Of a stretch of DNA of 64,000 nt, positions 46,684 to 57,800 are shown piece by piece. Made by a program: the position numbers and the translations under genes. Source of the DNA: Clostridia bacterium (GTDB lineage Bacteria > Bacillota > Clostridia > Oscillospirales > CAG-272); contig JAFQPR010000009.1 in NCBI GenBank assembly GCA_017411605.1, forward strand, positions 13,814-77,813, given 5' to 3'. Position 1 is the stretch's first letter, and each line of letters opens with the position of its first letter. Below the pieces are notes generated by a model that worked only from the letters and a program-made list of their open reading frames with translations, was not told the DNA's origin and did no database searches.

Positions 46684-47243
46684 AAACAAAACTTTACAAA
46701 AACAGTGATATTATAAGAAAAATTACGTTTGGAGCGGTATCGTTAGCGTTGTTTATGGTTTTGCCGTTTGTAACGGGCGCAATACCCGAAATAGGCGGGA
46801 TGCTTTGCCCGATGCATATACCGGCTCTGTTATCGGGTGCGCTTCTTGGACCTTGGATAGGCGGTCTTCTTTCTTTTATAGCACCAATAATCAGAAGTCT
46901 TATTTTTGGCGCGCCGCTGCTTTATCCAAGGGCGGTATCCATGGCGTTTGAGCTGGCAGCTTATGCAATTTGTTTTGGACTGCTGCTTAAGGTATTACCT
47001 AAAAAAATATACTGCGTTTACGCTTCTCTCGGTATTGCTATGCTTGCCGGAAGGATAGTTGGCGGAATTACAAAGATATTCTTCCTTGCTTTTGGTACGA
47101 TCAACTCGTACGGTTGGAAGCTTTTCTTTGTTGGTTATTTTGTTGAAACTCTCCCCGGCGTTGTTTTGCAGCTTATTCTGATTCCGCCGGTGCTCTTTGC
47201 TCTCGAGCGAGCAAAGTTGTACGATTATTCTAAAAAAACGTAA
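46680..47243 (+). CDS. ECF-transporter S-component-like membrane protein (substrate unknown)
   Basis: 187 aa, 5-6 TM helices, Gly/Pro-rich helix pattern (MHIPALLSGALLGPWIGG). ATGA overlap with the DUF362 stop. Confidence 0.6.
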   Translation: MKTKLYKNSDIIRKITFGAVSLALFMVLPFVTGAIPEIGGMLCPMHIPALLSGALLGPWIGGLLSFIAPIIRSLIFGAPLLYPRAVSMAFELAAYAICFGLLLKVLPKKIYCVYASLGIAMLAGRIVGGITKIFFLAFGTINSYGWKLFFVGYFVETLPGVVLQLILIPPVLFALERAKLYDYSKKT

Positions 47244-47322
47244 TAATGTGACCTTTATGCTTATAATTAATAAGTAAAAAGTAAATTGATAAACGAAAAA
47301 CAAAATGAAAGGAGTGGTATGA

Positions 47323-49431
47323 TTGAAGAGAAAAAGTAAGCTTCCCGAGCTTTTAGCCCCCGCGGGAGATTATAAGGCGCTGGTTGCCGCTATTCTCGGC
47401 GGCGCGGATGCGATATATCTCGGCGGTGAAAAATTCGGCGCGAGAGCTTATGCGAAAAACTTCTCCGAAGAAGAACTTGCGTCCGCGATAAAGCTTTGCC
47501 ATATGTGGGGCGTGCGTGTTTATACCACTCTTAATACCTTGATATTTGATAAGGAGCTCGACGATGCGGTGAGTTATGCCGCAAGACTTCACAAAATGGG
47601 CGTTGATGCGCTTATCGTTTCCGATCTCGGTGTTATATCGAGGATAAGGAAGGAAGTACCCGAGCTTGAGCTCCACGCTTCGACACAGATGGGCGTACAT
47701 AATACAGAGGGTGTTAATTTTGCCGCAGCGCTAGGCTGTAAAAGAGTCGTACTCGCGAGGGAGTGCTCTGCTGCCGATATAAAGATAATAACCGAGAATT
47801 CCGATGCTGAGATTGAGGTCTTTCTTCACGGCGCGCTTTGCGTTTGCCATTCGGGGCAATGTCTGTTTTCCTCAATGGTGGGTGGCAGAAGCGGAAACCG
47901 AGGTGAGTGCGCTCAGCCCTGCCGTTTACCTTATAACAACGGAAAATATCCCCTATCATTAAACGATCTTTCGCTCTCCGAGCATATTGAAGAGCTGATA
48001 GCGTCGGGAGTTGCATCTCTCAAGATTGAGGGAAGAATGAAATCGCCCGACTACGTTTACGAGGTAACGAGAATATACAGAGAGCTTCTTGATAAAAACA
48101 GAAGCTCAAACAAAAACGAAAGGCAAAGGCTTCTCGACATTTTCTCTCGCGGCGGATTTACCGACGGATACTTTGTCGGCGACGTGTTCCGTAAGATGAC
48201 GGGCGTGAGAAGCAATGAAGATAAGCAGATATCCCGTGAGATATCGGGCGGGAGCTTCGAGCTGACGAAGATACCTGTATATGCAAAGGCCGTCTTTGCG
48301 TCGGATAAGGCGGCATCGCTTACTCTTTCCGTGGATTCCTTTGAGCGCATAGATAAAGATAATACTAGAAGACTTTCGGTGACCGCTTACGGTGACGTAC
48401 CCGCCGCGGCTGAGCATTCTCCCTTGACAAAAGAGGGGCTTTCCGCAAGGCTTTCGAAAATGGGTAATACTCCATTCTCACTTGCTCTCGGAAATATTGA
48501 CCTTGAGCTCGACGAGGGGCTCAATTTGCCGCCATCCTCAATCAATGCGCTAAGGCGTGATGCGGTAGCTATGCTTGAGGAGCTGTTTGCGGTAAAGCTT
48601 GATATAATTTTGCAAAAAAACGAAGAAATACCAACCCGTAACACAATTTTTTGCATTAAAAAGCAAAAAGAAAGAGCTAAAAAGCTCGTTACTGCATTGT
48701 TTTTCAAAAAGGATACTTATGAGAAGCTGATCGATAAAAACTCAGATTCCTTAGGCGGTATTGATTTAATATTCCTTCCGCTTGCAGATTACGTGACGGC
48801 AGGAGAAAAAACTCGAAAAAGAGTTCTTGGAGTATACATTCCCCCCGTTATAATGGAGCGCGAATGGGAAGAGGTAAGCGGACTTGCGGCAAAGGCTCGC
48901 GAGCTTGGAGCAGAATACGCGCTGATAGGTAATATTTCGCACGTATCCTTAGCGAAGGCGGCAGAACTTACCCCGGTCGGTGACTTCAGGCTCAACGTTG
49001 CAAACTCCGCTTGCGCCGAGCTTTACGCTTCGCTTGGCGTTGATGCTATAGTTCTTTCACCCGAGCTGACGTTACCTCAGGCGCGTGATATAGGAGGCGG
49101 TGTTATAACGCTTGGAAGAATACCGCTTATGCTGACCGAAAGGTGCTTCGTAAAGGAAAACTTCGGGTGTGATAAGTGCGGAAGAGCAAGCTTTACCGAC
49201 AGGAAGGGAGCAAAATTCCCGATTATTCGTGAGTATTTGCACAGAAATATTATTTTCAACTCTGCGCCAACCTATATGGGAGATAAAAAGAGCGAGCTGC
49301 GCGCCGCAGCCATAGCTCACGAGCATTATATATTCTCATCGGAAACCGCCGATGAATGCGCGAAGCTTCTCATTGATTATAAGCGAGGAAATACACTTTC
49401 GATACCGCACAGAAGAATAGGAAAAAGATAA
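47323..49431 (+). CDS. U32 family peptidase (long form)
   Basis: PELLAPAGDYKALVAAILGGADAIYLGG, EVFLHGALCVCHSGQCLFS and E-x-F-x-H-G-A-L-C signature. TTG start 8 nt after an AAAGGAG RBS. Confidence 0.88.
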   Translation: MKRKSKLPELLAPAGDYKALVAAILGGADAIYLGGEKFGARAYAKNFSEEELASAIKLCHMWGVRVYTTLNTLIFDKELDDAVSYAARLHKMGVDALIVSDLGVISRIRKEVPELELHASTQMGVHNTEGVNFAAALGCKRVVLARECSAADIKIITENSDAEIEVFLHGALCVCHSGQCLFSSMVGGRSGNRGECAQPCRLPYNNGKYPLSLNDLSLSEHIEELIASGVASLKIEGRMKSPDYVYEVTRIYRELLDKNRSSNKNERQRLLDIFSRGGFTDGYFVGDVFRKMTGVRSNEDKQISREISGGSFELTKIPVYAKAVFASDKAASLTLSVDSFERIDKDNTRRLSVTAYGDVPAAAEHSPLTKEGLSARLSKMGNTPFSLALGNIDLELDEGLNLPPSSINALRRDAVAMLEELFAVKLDIILQKNEEIPTRNTIFCIKKQKERAKKLVTALFFKKDTYEKLIDKNSDSLGGIDLIFLPLADYVTAGEKTRKRVLGVYIPPVIMEREWEEVSGLAAKARELGAEYALIGNISHVSLAKAAELTPVGDFRLNVANSACAELYASLGVDAIVLSPELTLPQARDIGGGVITLGRIPLMLTERCFVKENFGCDKCGRASFTDRKGAKFPIIREYLHRNIIFNSAPTYMGDKKSELRAAAIAHEHYIFSSETADECAKLLIDYKRGNTLSIPHRRIGKR

Positions 49432-49480
49432 TAATATCAGCACTTTTCAAAATGATAAAAACTGCGAAAAAGGAATGCCT

Positions 49481-50164
49481 ATGAAGCTTGAAGCGCTTAA
49501 TGAAAAAATAAAAATAGCTATATTCGATATGGACGGAACTCTTGTTGATTCTCTTCCGTTTTTTAAGATACTTTGGAAACGTGTCGGAGAAAGATTTTTT
49601 GGAGATCCCGATTATTCGCCTCCTGTCTACATAGATAAAAAGATAAGAACTACTCACGTTGTGGAATCCTGCCGATTTATCAGAAGCGAGCTCTCACTAG
49701 ATTGCACGGATGAATATTTTCTTCAATTTCTTTCTGAAATAATGGTGAAATTCTACGAAGAAAAAGCAAAGCTTAAGACGGGAGTCTTAGAGTATATAAA
49801 GTACTTGAAGATGAGAGGTGTTAAGCTATGCGTTGCAAGCGCAAGCGCCACTGAGCATATAATGATAAACCTCAATAAATACGGCATAAGTGAATATTTT
49901 GATTTCGTTGTTTCGTGCGTCGACGTAGGATACAGTAAGGATAGACCCGACGTTTATTTTGCCGCGCTTGAAAAATCGGGAGAAGAGCTCTCGGGCGCGT
50001 GCGTTTTTGAGGATTCCTATCTCGCGCTGGAAACCGCAAAGAAAGCAGGATTTATGACCGTAGGAATCTACGACGAAGGAAACTATGAGCATAACAGACT
50101 TCGTGCGGCGTCGGATTTCTATATTGAAGACGGTATGACGTTTTTAAATATGATATGTAAATAA
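49481..50164 (+). CDS. HAD-family hydrolase (beta-phosphoglucomutase-like subfamily IA)
   Basis: IFDMDGTLVDS motif I, ASAS motif II, and C-terminal FEDS. Start at the ATG at 49481 (AAAAGGA RBS). Confidence 0.85.
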   Translation: MKLEALNEKIKIAIFDMDGTLVDSLPFFKILWKRVGERFFGDPDYSPPVYIDKKIRTTHVVESCRFIRSELSLDCTDEYFLQFLSEIMVKFYEEKAKLKTGVLEYIKYLKMRGVKLCVASASATEHIMINLNKYGISEYFDFVVSCVDVGYSKDRPDVYFAALEKSGEELSGACVFEDSYLALETAKKAGFMTVGIYDEGNYEHNRLRAASDFYIEDGMTFLNMICK

Positions 50165-50171
50165 GATAAAA

Positions 50172-50220
50172 GAGGCTAGCTCGAGAGTTGTAAAAAAATG
50201 AGCTAGTCTCTTTTAATTTT
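50172..50220. terminator. Terminator hairpin between convergent genes (conserved-loop hairpin, copy B)
   Basis: GAGGCTAGCTC / GAGCTAGTCTC stem, loop GAGAGTTGTAAAAAAAT, then TTTTAATTTTTT. Confidence 0.6.
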
Positions 50221-51126
50221 TTATAAGACACACCTAAGGAAGTTTATCACGTTTTCGCCCGCTATTTTTCTGACGGTACTCTCGGGGTAGCGGGACAAAA
50301 GATAATCTATAACTCTGTCGTGTATCGACGAGCTCTCATCAACGCCGTGCGGGTACTCTCCGTCAGTGCCGTCAATGTCAAATCCAAAGGCGAGTCCGTC
50401 CTCGCCGAAGTGCTCCAGGTGATACTCTATATGAGGTATAATATCTTCTAAAGCGGCGCCACCGTTTTTAACAAATGCGGGGTAGAGATTAAGGCCGACA
50501 ACTCCGCCTCTTGCAATTATAGTTCTTGCCATATCAAGCGTGAGGTTGCGCGGAGAGTTACATATATCTCTGTAGTTTGAATGAGTTGCAATCAAGGGTA
50601 GATGATAAACACCGCAAAGGTCATAAAAGCTTTTGTCCGATAGATGTGATACGTCGAGGACTATACCAAGCTCTGCGCATCTGTGAGCCATTCTTATTCC
50701 CTCGTCTGTGAGCCCTGTGTCGTTTTCATCCCACGCGCCGCAGGCAAGCTCGTTTGTATCCCAGGCGAGTCCCATAATGCGGAGCCCCGCGCGGTATAGT
50801 GTGAAAAGCTCCTCGGAATCGGCAAGCAGTCCACCGCCGCCCTCTATTGTGAACATTGCCGAGGGAAGATTGTTATCGGTGGCGTAATAAAGACTTCTGA
50901 CATCCTCAATTTTAGTGAGAGACAGTCTTTCGCACTCGTAAGCATATATATCCAGGCAGTGCATAACGTCGCGCCTGCGCATTTCCGGTGTGCGCGATCT
51001 TCTTGGTGTGAACGCAGCAAAAAATTGCAGAAACGGGTGCTTTTTTGATGTGTTGTATTCGCTTATGAGTCCTTTTTCCGAGTTTACGGTAAGAAAGCTG
51101 TCGCAATGCATATCGGCAACGTACAT
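50221..51126 (-). CDS. M19 family membrane dipeptidase
   Basis: MYVADMHCDSF start, VLDVSHLS, and ATHSN blocks. Confidence 0.88.
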   Translation of the reverse strand: MYVADMHCDSFLTVNSEKGLISEYNTSKKHPFLQFFAAFTPRRSRTPEMRRRDVMHCLDIYAYECERLSLTKIEDVRSLYYATDNNLPSAMFTIEGGGGLLADSEELFTLYRAGLRIMGLAWDTNELACGAWDENDTGLTDEGIRMAHRCAELGIVLDVSHLSDKSFYDLCGVYHLPLIATHSNYRDICNSPRNLTLDMARTIIARGGVVGLNLYPAFVKNGGAALEDIIPHIEYHLEHFGEDGLAFGFDIDGTDGEYPHGVDESSSIHDRVIDYLLSRYPESTVRKIAGENVINFLRCVL

Positions 51127-51247
51127 AATGGTCCTCCGTAGTTGGTAGGTTTTATTTATAATACTCCAAGACTCAAACAGTCAAGTCTTAGCAATGACAA
51201 TAGTTTACACCATTTAAAATAATATGTCAATCGAAAAAGTAAAATGC

Positions 51248-51276
51248 TTGACAAACAAAGAAAATATATATATAAT
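51248..51276 (+). promoter_or_regulatory. Consensus sigma-A promoter for the lrp-aminotransferase operon
   Basis: TTGACA (51248-51253), 17-nt spacer, TATAAT (51271-51276). Confidence 0.65.
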
Positions 51277-51322
51277 TATACCATATAAATTTATTTCGTT
51301 AAAATGAAAGGCGGAACTTATA

Positions 51323-51814
51323 ATGGATGCAATCGACAGAAAGATATTGAAGCTTCTTGAGGCTAATGCGAGAATGGATAATGAGGATATAGCAACGGTT
51401 ACGGACCTTACGGAGGATGAGGTAGCAGCGAGAATTGCGGCTCTTGAAAAGGCGGGAGTTATATGCGCGTATAAGAGTGTTATCGACTGGGAGAAGGTTG
51501 ATACTGACAGTGTCAGCGCTATAATCGAGCTCAAGGTTACTCCGAAGGCGGGGCTCGGCTTTGAAGAGGTTGCCGCAAGAGTGGCAAAATATCCCGAGGT
51601 TGAATCGGTATACCTTATGTCGGGCGCTTACGACCTTAACGTTGTGGTTAAAGGAAAGACCTTCCACGAGGTTTCAAATTTCGTTTCCCGCGAGCTCGCT
51701 ATGATAGATTCCGTAACTTCTACGGGTACGCAGTTTGTTATGAGAAGATATAAGGAATACAAGGTTGAGCTTATAGGTGACGATGAAGACGGAAGGAGTA
51801 AGATATCCTTATGA
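51323..51814 (+). CDS. Lrp/AsnC family transcriptional regulator
   Basis: MDAIDRKILKLLEANARM.. HTH plus a C-terminal RAM-like domain. Confidence 0.9.
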   Translation: MDAIDRKILKLLEANARMDNEDIATVTDLTEDEVAARIAALEKAGVICAYKSVIDWEKVDTDSVSAIIELKVTPKAGLGFEEVAARVAKYPEVESVYLMSGAYDLNVVVKGKTFHEVSNFVSRELAMIDSVTSTGTQFVMRRYKEYKVELIGDDEDGRSKISL

Positions 51815-52992
51815 TCAATTATTCAAAGGTCTTGAATGGGGTTGTCAAGGATATAAAGCCGTCGGGTATCCGAAAATTCTTTGATATCGCAAATACTATG
51901 GAGGACGTAATCTCTCTCGGTGTGGGTGAGCCGGATTTCAGAACGCCCTGGCAGGTGAGAAACGCGGGCATACGTTCGCTGGAGGTCGGTTCGACGCGCT
52001 ATACCTCGAACAGAGGTCTTGAGGCGCTGAGAGATGAGCTTTCGAAATACGTTAAAAGAAAATACGGCGTTGAATACAGACCGAAAGATGAGATTTTGGT
52101 TACCGTCGGCGGCAGCGAAGCCATTGACGCGGCAGTTCGCGCTATCACTGAGCCCGGGGATGAAATAATCATACCTCAGCCAAGCTACGTTTGCTATGAG
52201 CCGATAGTACGCCTTGCGGGAGGAGTTCCCGTTATTATCGATACTAAAGCGGAGAATGATTTTAAGCTGACAAGAGCAGAGCTTGAAGCGGTAATCACTT
52301 CAAAAACTAAAGCTGTGATTTTGCCTTACCCCTGTAACCCTACGGGAGCTATTATGGAGTACGAGGACATACTCGCTATTTCCGAAACTTTAAAGGATAC
52401 CGATATTATGGTCATTTCCGATGAGATATACGCGGAGCTTACCTTTGGCGGTAAGCGTCACGTCAGCGTACCGTCAGTCCCGGGGATGAAGGAGAGAACT
52501 ATCCTTATAAACGGATTTTCAAAAACCTTCGCTATGACGGGGTGGCGTCTCGGTTATGCATGCGGTCCGGCGGAGCTTATGGCTATGATAACTAAAATTC
52601 ATCAGTTTGCTATAATGTGCGCTCCCACGACCTCTCAGTATGCTGCGGTAGAAGCACTGCGCAATTGCGACGGCGAAGTTGCGAAAATGCTCGAGGAATA
52701 TGATATGCGAAGAAAGATAATCGTTTCGGGCTTCAATAAGCTCGGGCTCACCTGCCGTGAGCCAAAGGGCGCGTTTTATGCCTTCCCGTGTATTAAAAGC
52801 ACGGGCCTCACGAGCGAGGAATTCTGCGAAAGACTTCTTGAAAGCAAGCACGTTGCGGTAGTACCCGGAACGGCATTCGGTGAGTCGGGAGAGGGATTTG
52901 TCAGAACGTCGTACTGCTATTCGACGGCTCATATAAAGGAAGCTTTAAAGCGCATAGGCGAGTTCCTTGAAGAATTAAAAACCAAAGCCTGA
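51811..52992 (+). CDS. Class I/II pyridoxal-phosphate-dependent aminotransferase
   Basis: NGFSKTFAMTGWRLGY (PLP lysine block) and NPTG motif. ATGA overlap with lrp. Confidence 0.9.
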   Translation: MINYSKVLNGVVKDIKPSGIRKFFDIANTMEDVISLGVGEPDFRTPWQVRNAGIRSLEVGSTRYTSNRGLEALRDELSKYVKRKYGVEYRPKDEILVTVGGSEAIDAAVRAITEPGDEIIIPQPSYVCYEPIVRLAGGVPVIIDTKAENDFKLTRAELEAVITSKTKAVILPYPCNPTGAIMEYEDILAISETLKDTDIMVISDEIYAELTFGGKRHVSVPSVPGMKERTILINGFSKTFAMTGWRLGYACGPAELMAMITKIHQFAIMCAPTTSQYAAVEALRNCDGEVAKMLEEYDMRRKIIVSGFNKLGLTCREPKGAFYAFPCIKSTGLTSEEFCERLLESKHVAVVPGTAFGESGEGFVRTSYCYSTAHIKEALKRIGEFLEELKTKA

Positions 52993-53001
52993 GGGTTTTA
53001 A

Positions 53002-53697
53002 ATGAGAATTGTATTTGTAAGGCACGGTAAGCCTGACTATAAAACCGATTCGCTTACCGAGCTTGGATGGATTCAGGCGAGAGCCACGGCAAAAAGATTG
53101 CTCGCAGAGGGGATAAGTGAAATTTATACCTCAAGTATGGGCAGAGCAAAGCAAACGGCAGAGGCTTTTTCGGAAGCTTCGGGACTTGCTGTAACGATAC
53201 TTGATTTTATGAGAGAAATAACGTGGGGTAGTGAGGTGGACGGTGAAGAATTGCCGTTTGGAGGCCACCCGTGGTTGCTTTTACCCGAATACGTAAAGGC
53301 GGGAAAGAGTCTTTCGTTACCCGATTGGACTAAGGATGAGGTGTTTGCAAAGAATATAAAGCTGCAAAAGTCAACAGAGCGTGTTATTCTTGGATTCGAT
53401 GCTTGGTTATCGGGTTTTGGATTTGAACGCGAAGGTGAATTTTACCGCGTAACACGTGATGATACCGATAAAACCATAGCTCTCTTCAGCCACGGTGGCG
53501 CATCTACTGCCGTTTTCTCGCATATATTCAATATTCCGTTTCTTTCCGCGTGTCTTTTTATAAGACCGTACTTCTGTTCTGTAGGAATAATTAAAATCGA
53601 TGGTAAGCTCGGTGAGCTGACCATTCCGAAGATTGAAATTCTTAACGATGACCGCCATGTTCCAAAAGCATCGGATGAAGCAAGAATAGATAATTAA
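53002..53697 (+). CDS. Histidine phosphatase (phosphoglycerate mutase-like) family protein
   Basis: VRHGKPDY (RHG motif) and a downstream SHGG block. Confidence 0.85.
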   Translation: MRIVFVRHGKPDYKTDSLTELGWIQARATAKRLLAEGISEIYTSSMGRAKQTAEAFSEASGLAVTILDFMREITWGSEVDGEELPFGGHPWLLLPEYVKAGKSLSLPDWTKDEVFAKNIKLQKSTERVILGFDAWLSGFGFEREGEFYRVTRDDTDKTIALFSHGGASTAVFSHIFNIPFLSACLFIRPYFCSVGIIKIDGKLGELTIPKIEILNDDRHVPKASDEARIDN

Positions 53698-53752
53698 TAA
53701 TCAAAAAGTAAACTAAAGTTATAATTTAAACAATATTTATCTAAAAATAGTG

Positions 53753-53786
53753 AGTGCTCGGTTGAATCAAACCGAGCACTTTTTCT
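53753..53786. terminator. Terminator hairpin between convergent genes
   Basis: AGTGCTCGGTT / AACCGAGCACT followed by TTTTT. Confidence 0.65.
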
Positions 53787-53788
53787 AT

Positions 53789-54604
53789 TTATTTCTTGTG
53801 TAACTTTTTGTATTCGTTGGGTGATAGTCCTGTGTGTGCTTTGAAAACGGATAAAAAAGATGAAAGTGAACGAAATCCCGAATCAAAGCAAGCATCTATA
53901 ACTCGTGCGCCGTGGCTAAGTAAAACTTTCGAGTATTCTACTTTTATACTGTTAAGACGTGAAACGTAGCTTTCGCCTACGTGCTTCTTGAAAATATTGC
54001 TGAAATAAGACGTATTATATCCCGCAATTTTTGCCATATCTTCAAGACTGGGGTTTTCAAAGAAATGTGTATTGAGATAGGCTATCGCGCGCTGTATTCC
54101 CGCATCTTGCGCTGATATTGTTTTTTTATTTGCCGATTCGTTGTCTGCAAGGATCAGACTTAAGAAGCTTTCGCAAAGCTCAACCGAGCATCCCCCGTTC
54201 TCCTTTCTGCATTCCTTAAAGAGAATATCTCCAATAGCGGATGCATCAAGAATTTGCTCTTCGGAAAGTGTGATCGGTTTGGTTTTATCTAAAGAGAAAA
54301 TCTTTGATATCAATTTTGGGGAGATAACCGACGTATCAAAATTTAAGCAGTATGCTTTAAGAGGAGAATGCAATGCGTACGTATGAAAATCTATAGGAGA
54401 AAGTATGTAGGCGCTTCCTCTTTTTATTTCATACTGCTGACCGTTTATAATATGTGTTGCTTCGCCATCAAGCACCAATTCGAGCTCATAGTATTTATGA
54501 GCGTGAAGAGGACATATTTTGTTTGTATATCCGCATCCGATATAAATTGGGATTACGCTATTAGCAGGATTTATCTTGAATTGCCTGGTAATTTCATTTT
54601 TCAT
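53789..54604 (-). CDS. AraC-family transcriptional regulator
   Basis: Cupin-like N-domain (HAHKYYELELVLDGE..GSAYILSP) and C-terminal double HTH (MAKIAGYNTSYFSNIFK..VIDACFDSGFRSLSSF). Confidence 0.9.
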   Translation of the reverse strand: MKNEITRQFKINPANSVIPIYIGCGYTNKICPLHAHKYYELELVLDGEATHIINGQQYEIKRGSAYILSPIDFHTYALHSPLKAYCLNFDTSVISPKLISKIFSLDKTKPITLSEEQILDASAIGDILFKECRKENGGCSVELCESFLSLILADNESANKKTISAQDAGIQRAIAYLNTHFFENPSLEDMAKIAGYNTSYFSNIFKKHVGESYVSRLNSIKVEYSKVLLSHGARVIDACFDSGFRSLSSFLSVFKAHTGLSPNEYKKLHKK

Positions 54605-54747
54605 AAAAGGTTTCTTTCTCTTTTAACTTTTTGGCTTTTTCTCTGCTTTGACAAAATATACTGTATGTTAATTTTATCATAACGAATATAAAATGTCAAT
54701 ATTTTTGAAAAATCCAAAAAAAGTGCGTGTTATTATATACAAACTAG

Positions 54748-54777
54748 TTGCCGAAATATGGTTATTTATTTTAGAAT
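54748..54777 (+). promoter_or_regulatory. Candidate promoter of the giant GH20 gene
   Basis: TTGCCG (54748-54753), 18-nt spacer, TAGAAT (54772-54777); weak call. Confidence 0.3.
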
Positions 54778-54825
54778 AATTACAAAAACAGTTAATAAAC
54801 TGTGTTTTATGAAAGGAGATTAATT

Positions 54826-57800
54826 ATGAAAGTGAAAACAAAAACCAAAAGATGCGTTAAAATGATAATTATCGCACTCTTGGCATCGGTGGTGATACTT
54901 TGCACAGGAATTGCTATGTATGCGACGGATACGGCTTCCGGAGTTTTATCTACGATAGCGACTGTGAGTCCAACGTTATCTGCCGATGGTAAATCAATTA
55001 TACTCCCGGGCGTTCCGGATGGATATACGGTATCCGTAAACGGCACGTCAAATGAAAGTGTTATCGATATTGACGGTAACGTATACACCCCGCTTGTGGA
55101 TACTACCGTTAAAGTTAATTACAAGGTAACAAAAATCGAAGACGGTATGAGTGCTGTCGATAATTATCAGGAGGCTTCCATTGTGATAAACGGAAAATAT
55201 ACAGCCGAAGAATTCGATAACGCCGAACCTGCAGTACTTCCTAAGCTTCAGGAATGGAAGGGCGGTCAGGGTACCGTTAAGGTATCCGAGTCATCACGCA
55301 TAGTGGTTTCTCACGCCGCGTTTATGCCTCAGGCTGAGCTTATAAACGAATATTTTGCCGACATTTTAGGATCTCCGCTCGAAATCGTTACGGATGAAGC
55401 ATCCGCTGGAGATATCATTATTGGATATGCCGACGCCAAGGAACTTGGTAAGGAAGGTTATACTGTTGAACTTTCCGACCGCATAATTATTGAAGCTTAC
55501 AGTGAAACAGGAGCGCTTTACGGCGGAACTACCGTAGCGCAAATGCTTACTCTTTATGAAGGCTATGAGTTACCGCAGGGATATATCAGGGATTATCCTG
55601 CGTATGAAGTCAGATCTTCAATGATAGACGTTGCAAGACATTATTTACCTTTGGAACAGCTTGTTGACACGAGTAAATATCTTGCATATTTCAAGGTAAA
55701 TCAGATTCACGTACATATTAACGACAACGGGGGACAGCAGAATTATGCTTTCAGAGTGGAGAGCAAAAGATATCCCGAGATAAATTCTTTACTTGGCGAT
55801 AATATTTATTCGCAGGAGGATTACCGCGCTTACCAGACCGAGCTTCTTAAGTACGGAGTTAAGGTGATAACCGAGATAGATTCGCCTGCTCACGCAGGAT
55901 TTGCAGGACTTTACGACTCTTCTCTTGTAATATCCAGCGACAAAGGAAAACTTGATCTTACGAATAATTACGACGGTGTTGTCACTTTTATGAAGGGACT
56001 TGTCGACGAGTTTGTTAACGGTTACGATGGCAATCCCTCCGTCATAATTGATGAAATAGATACTATTCATCTCGGTATGGACGAATATTATTATAATCAC
56101 GATCAGTACAAGGTATATATGAAAGAGATGTGTGATTATACAAAGTCTCTTGGTAAGTGTGTTCAGGTATGGAGCGCTTTGAAAACTGCCGATTTTTCCG
56201 AGGAGCTTCCTATAACCCCTGAAAATACGATAGTAAACTACTGGGGTGATGCGGATCTGAAAGCGTACGCAAACTTAGACTTTCCTGCGGTATCAAACTA
56301 TCCATTAAAGCTGTACGTGGTGCCGGGTGTAACTAATGCGTTTGGAGATTGGATTGATATTCCAACTATTTACGACAGTTATGAGGCAAATATCGTTTCG
56401 TCATCCTTGACCTTTGCTGAATCATCACCGCTTTTACTCGGTGTTGAGGGCGCTATTTGGCACGATAATAACGCCGGACATTCAAAGGAAGGTGTTTTTG
56501 CCCGTGTAAGAGACCAGATGCTTCTTGTGTCCGAAAAAGCATGGCACGGTAAGGCGGATGGCGTAACGGGTGAACAGTTTGAAAAAAGACTTCGCGCTAT
56601 TCAGGACCTCGTGCCTATCGTTAATCCTCAGAGCTTCGTTCCCTCGAACGAGGACGGAGTTGTTGCGGATTATGATTTTGATGAAGTAGAAAACGGAAAG
56701 ATTAAGGATACCGCTCAGGGACTTGACGCAACGCTTAACGAAATTTCCGTAAGCAATTCCAAATTAACACTTGATGGTACGGGATACCTCTCTCTTCCTA
56801 TAGATCAGATAGGCTTCCCGTATACAGTGAGCTTCGGTCTTACCTATTCTTCTACTACCTCGGGAATTCTTTTTGCGGGCGGTGACTCTACGTTCTGGCT
56901 CAACAAGAACGCTGACGGAAAAATTACGTTTGCAAGAGAGCTTCATACTTTCGGCTTTGATTTTGTATTCGTAAAGAATTTGCACTACGATATAATGCTT
57001 GTATGTGACAGAGAAACGATTAGCCTTTACGTAGACGGAGTTTATATTGAAGATGCGCACGTTATTTCCGCGGAAACGAAAAAACAAAATCTCAGCAGTA
57101 TCAAGTTTAGTGAATCCGTATTGTCAACGTCAAGGATAGGCGAGGGAATTGTAGGTACCTTAGATAGCTTGAAGATACTTGGAAGTGCAGACAAAGTTGC
57201 GCTCAGCGGTATCGATAATATGAAATACGGAAACGTGGCGCTCGGTAAAGAGACCAGTGCTTCCGGTACCGAAGTAAATTATAAATGGTTCCCCGAAAAT
57301 GCTGTAGACGGTATAACGGAAGGCTCGGATTTTAAGGTGTCCTTGAACAGAGTTGATAACGCTTGGCTCACCATAGATCTTGGTGAAGTATACTCTATAG
57401 ATAAGATCAAGATCTATTTCCTTCAGTCACCTGTGGCATATAAATTCCTTATTTCTGTAGATGGAATAAACTATACCGAGGTGTATAATCAGCCTTCTGC
57501 TAACGCAGCAAAAAAATCCACAGACACCATCGAACTTGGAACAAACGTTGCAGCGAGATACGTTAAGTATCAGCAGGTTGAAATGTTTTCCGCAACTCTC
57601 AGCAACGGCAACGTTGCAAAATACAGCGGAAGCTTTGCTGAAATTGAGGTTTACGGAAGCGAAATCGCGATAAATAAAAACCTCGCGCTTGGAAAAGAAG
57701 TTGTAGAATGCACTTATAATGAAAATGGTACGACCGGTGTACCTCAGAATCTTACAGACGGTAATAACGAGGCATCCTGGAGCAACAGAGTATGCTTCGA

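Noticed and set aside
54802-54825. GTG start at 54802 given by the ORF track for the giant GH20 gene
   Set aside because: The AAAGGAGA RBS lies inside this extension, 7 nt before the ATG at 54826. That ATG begins a typical signal peptide (MKVKTKTKR..), so 54826 is preferred.
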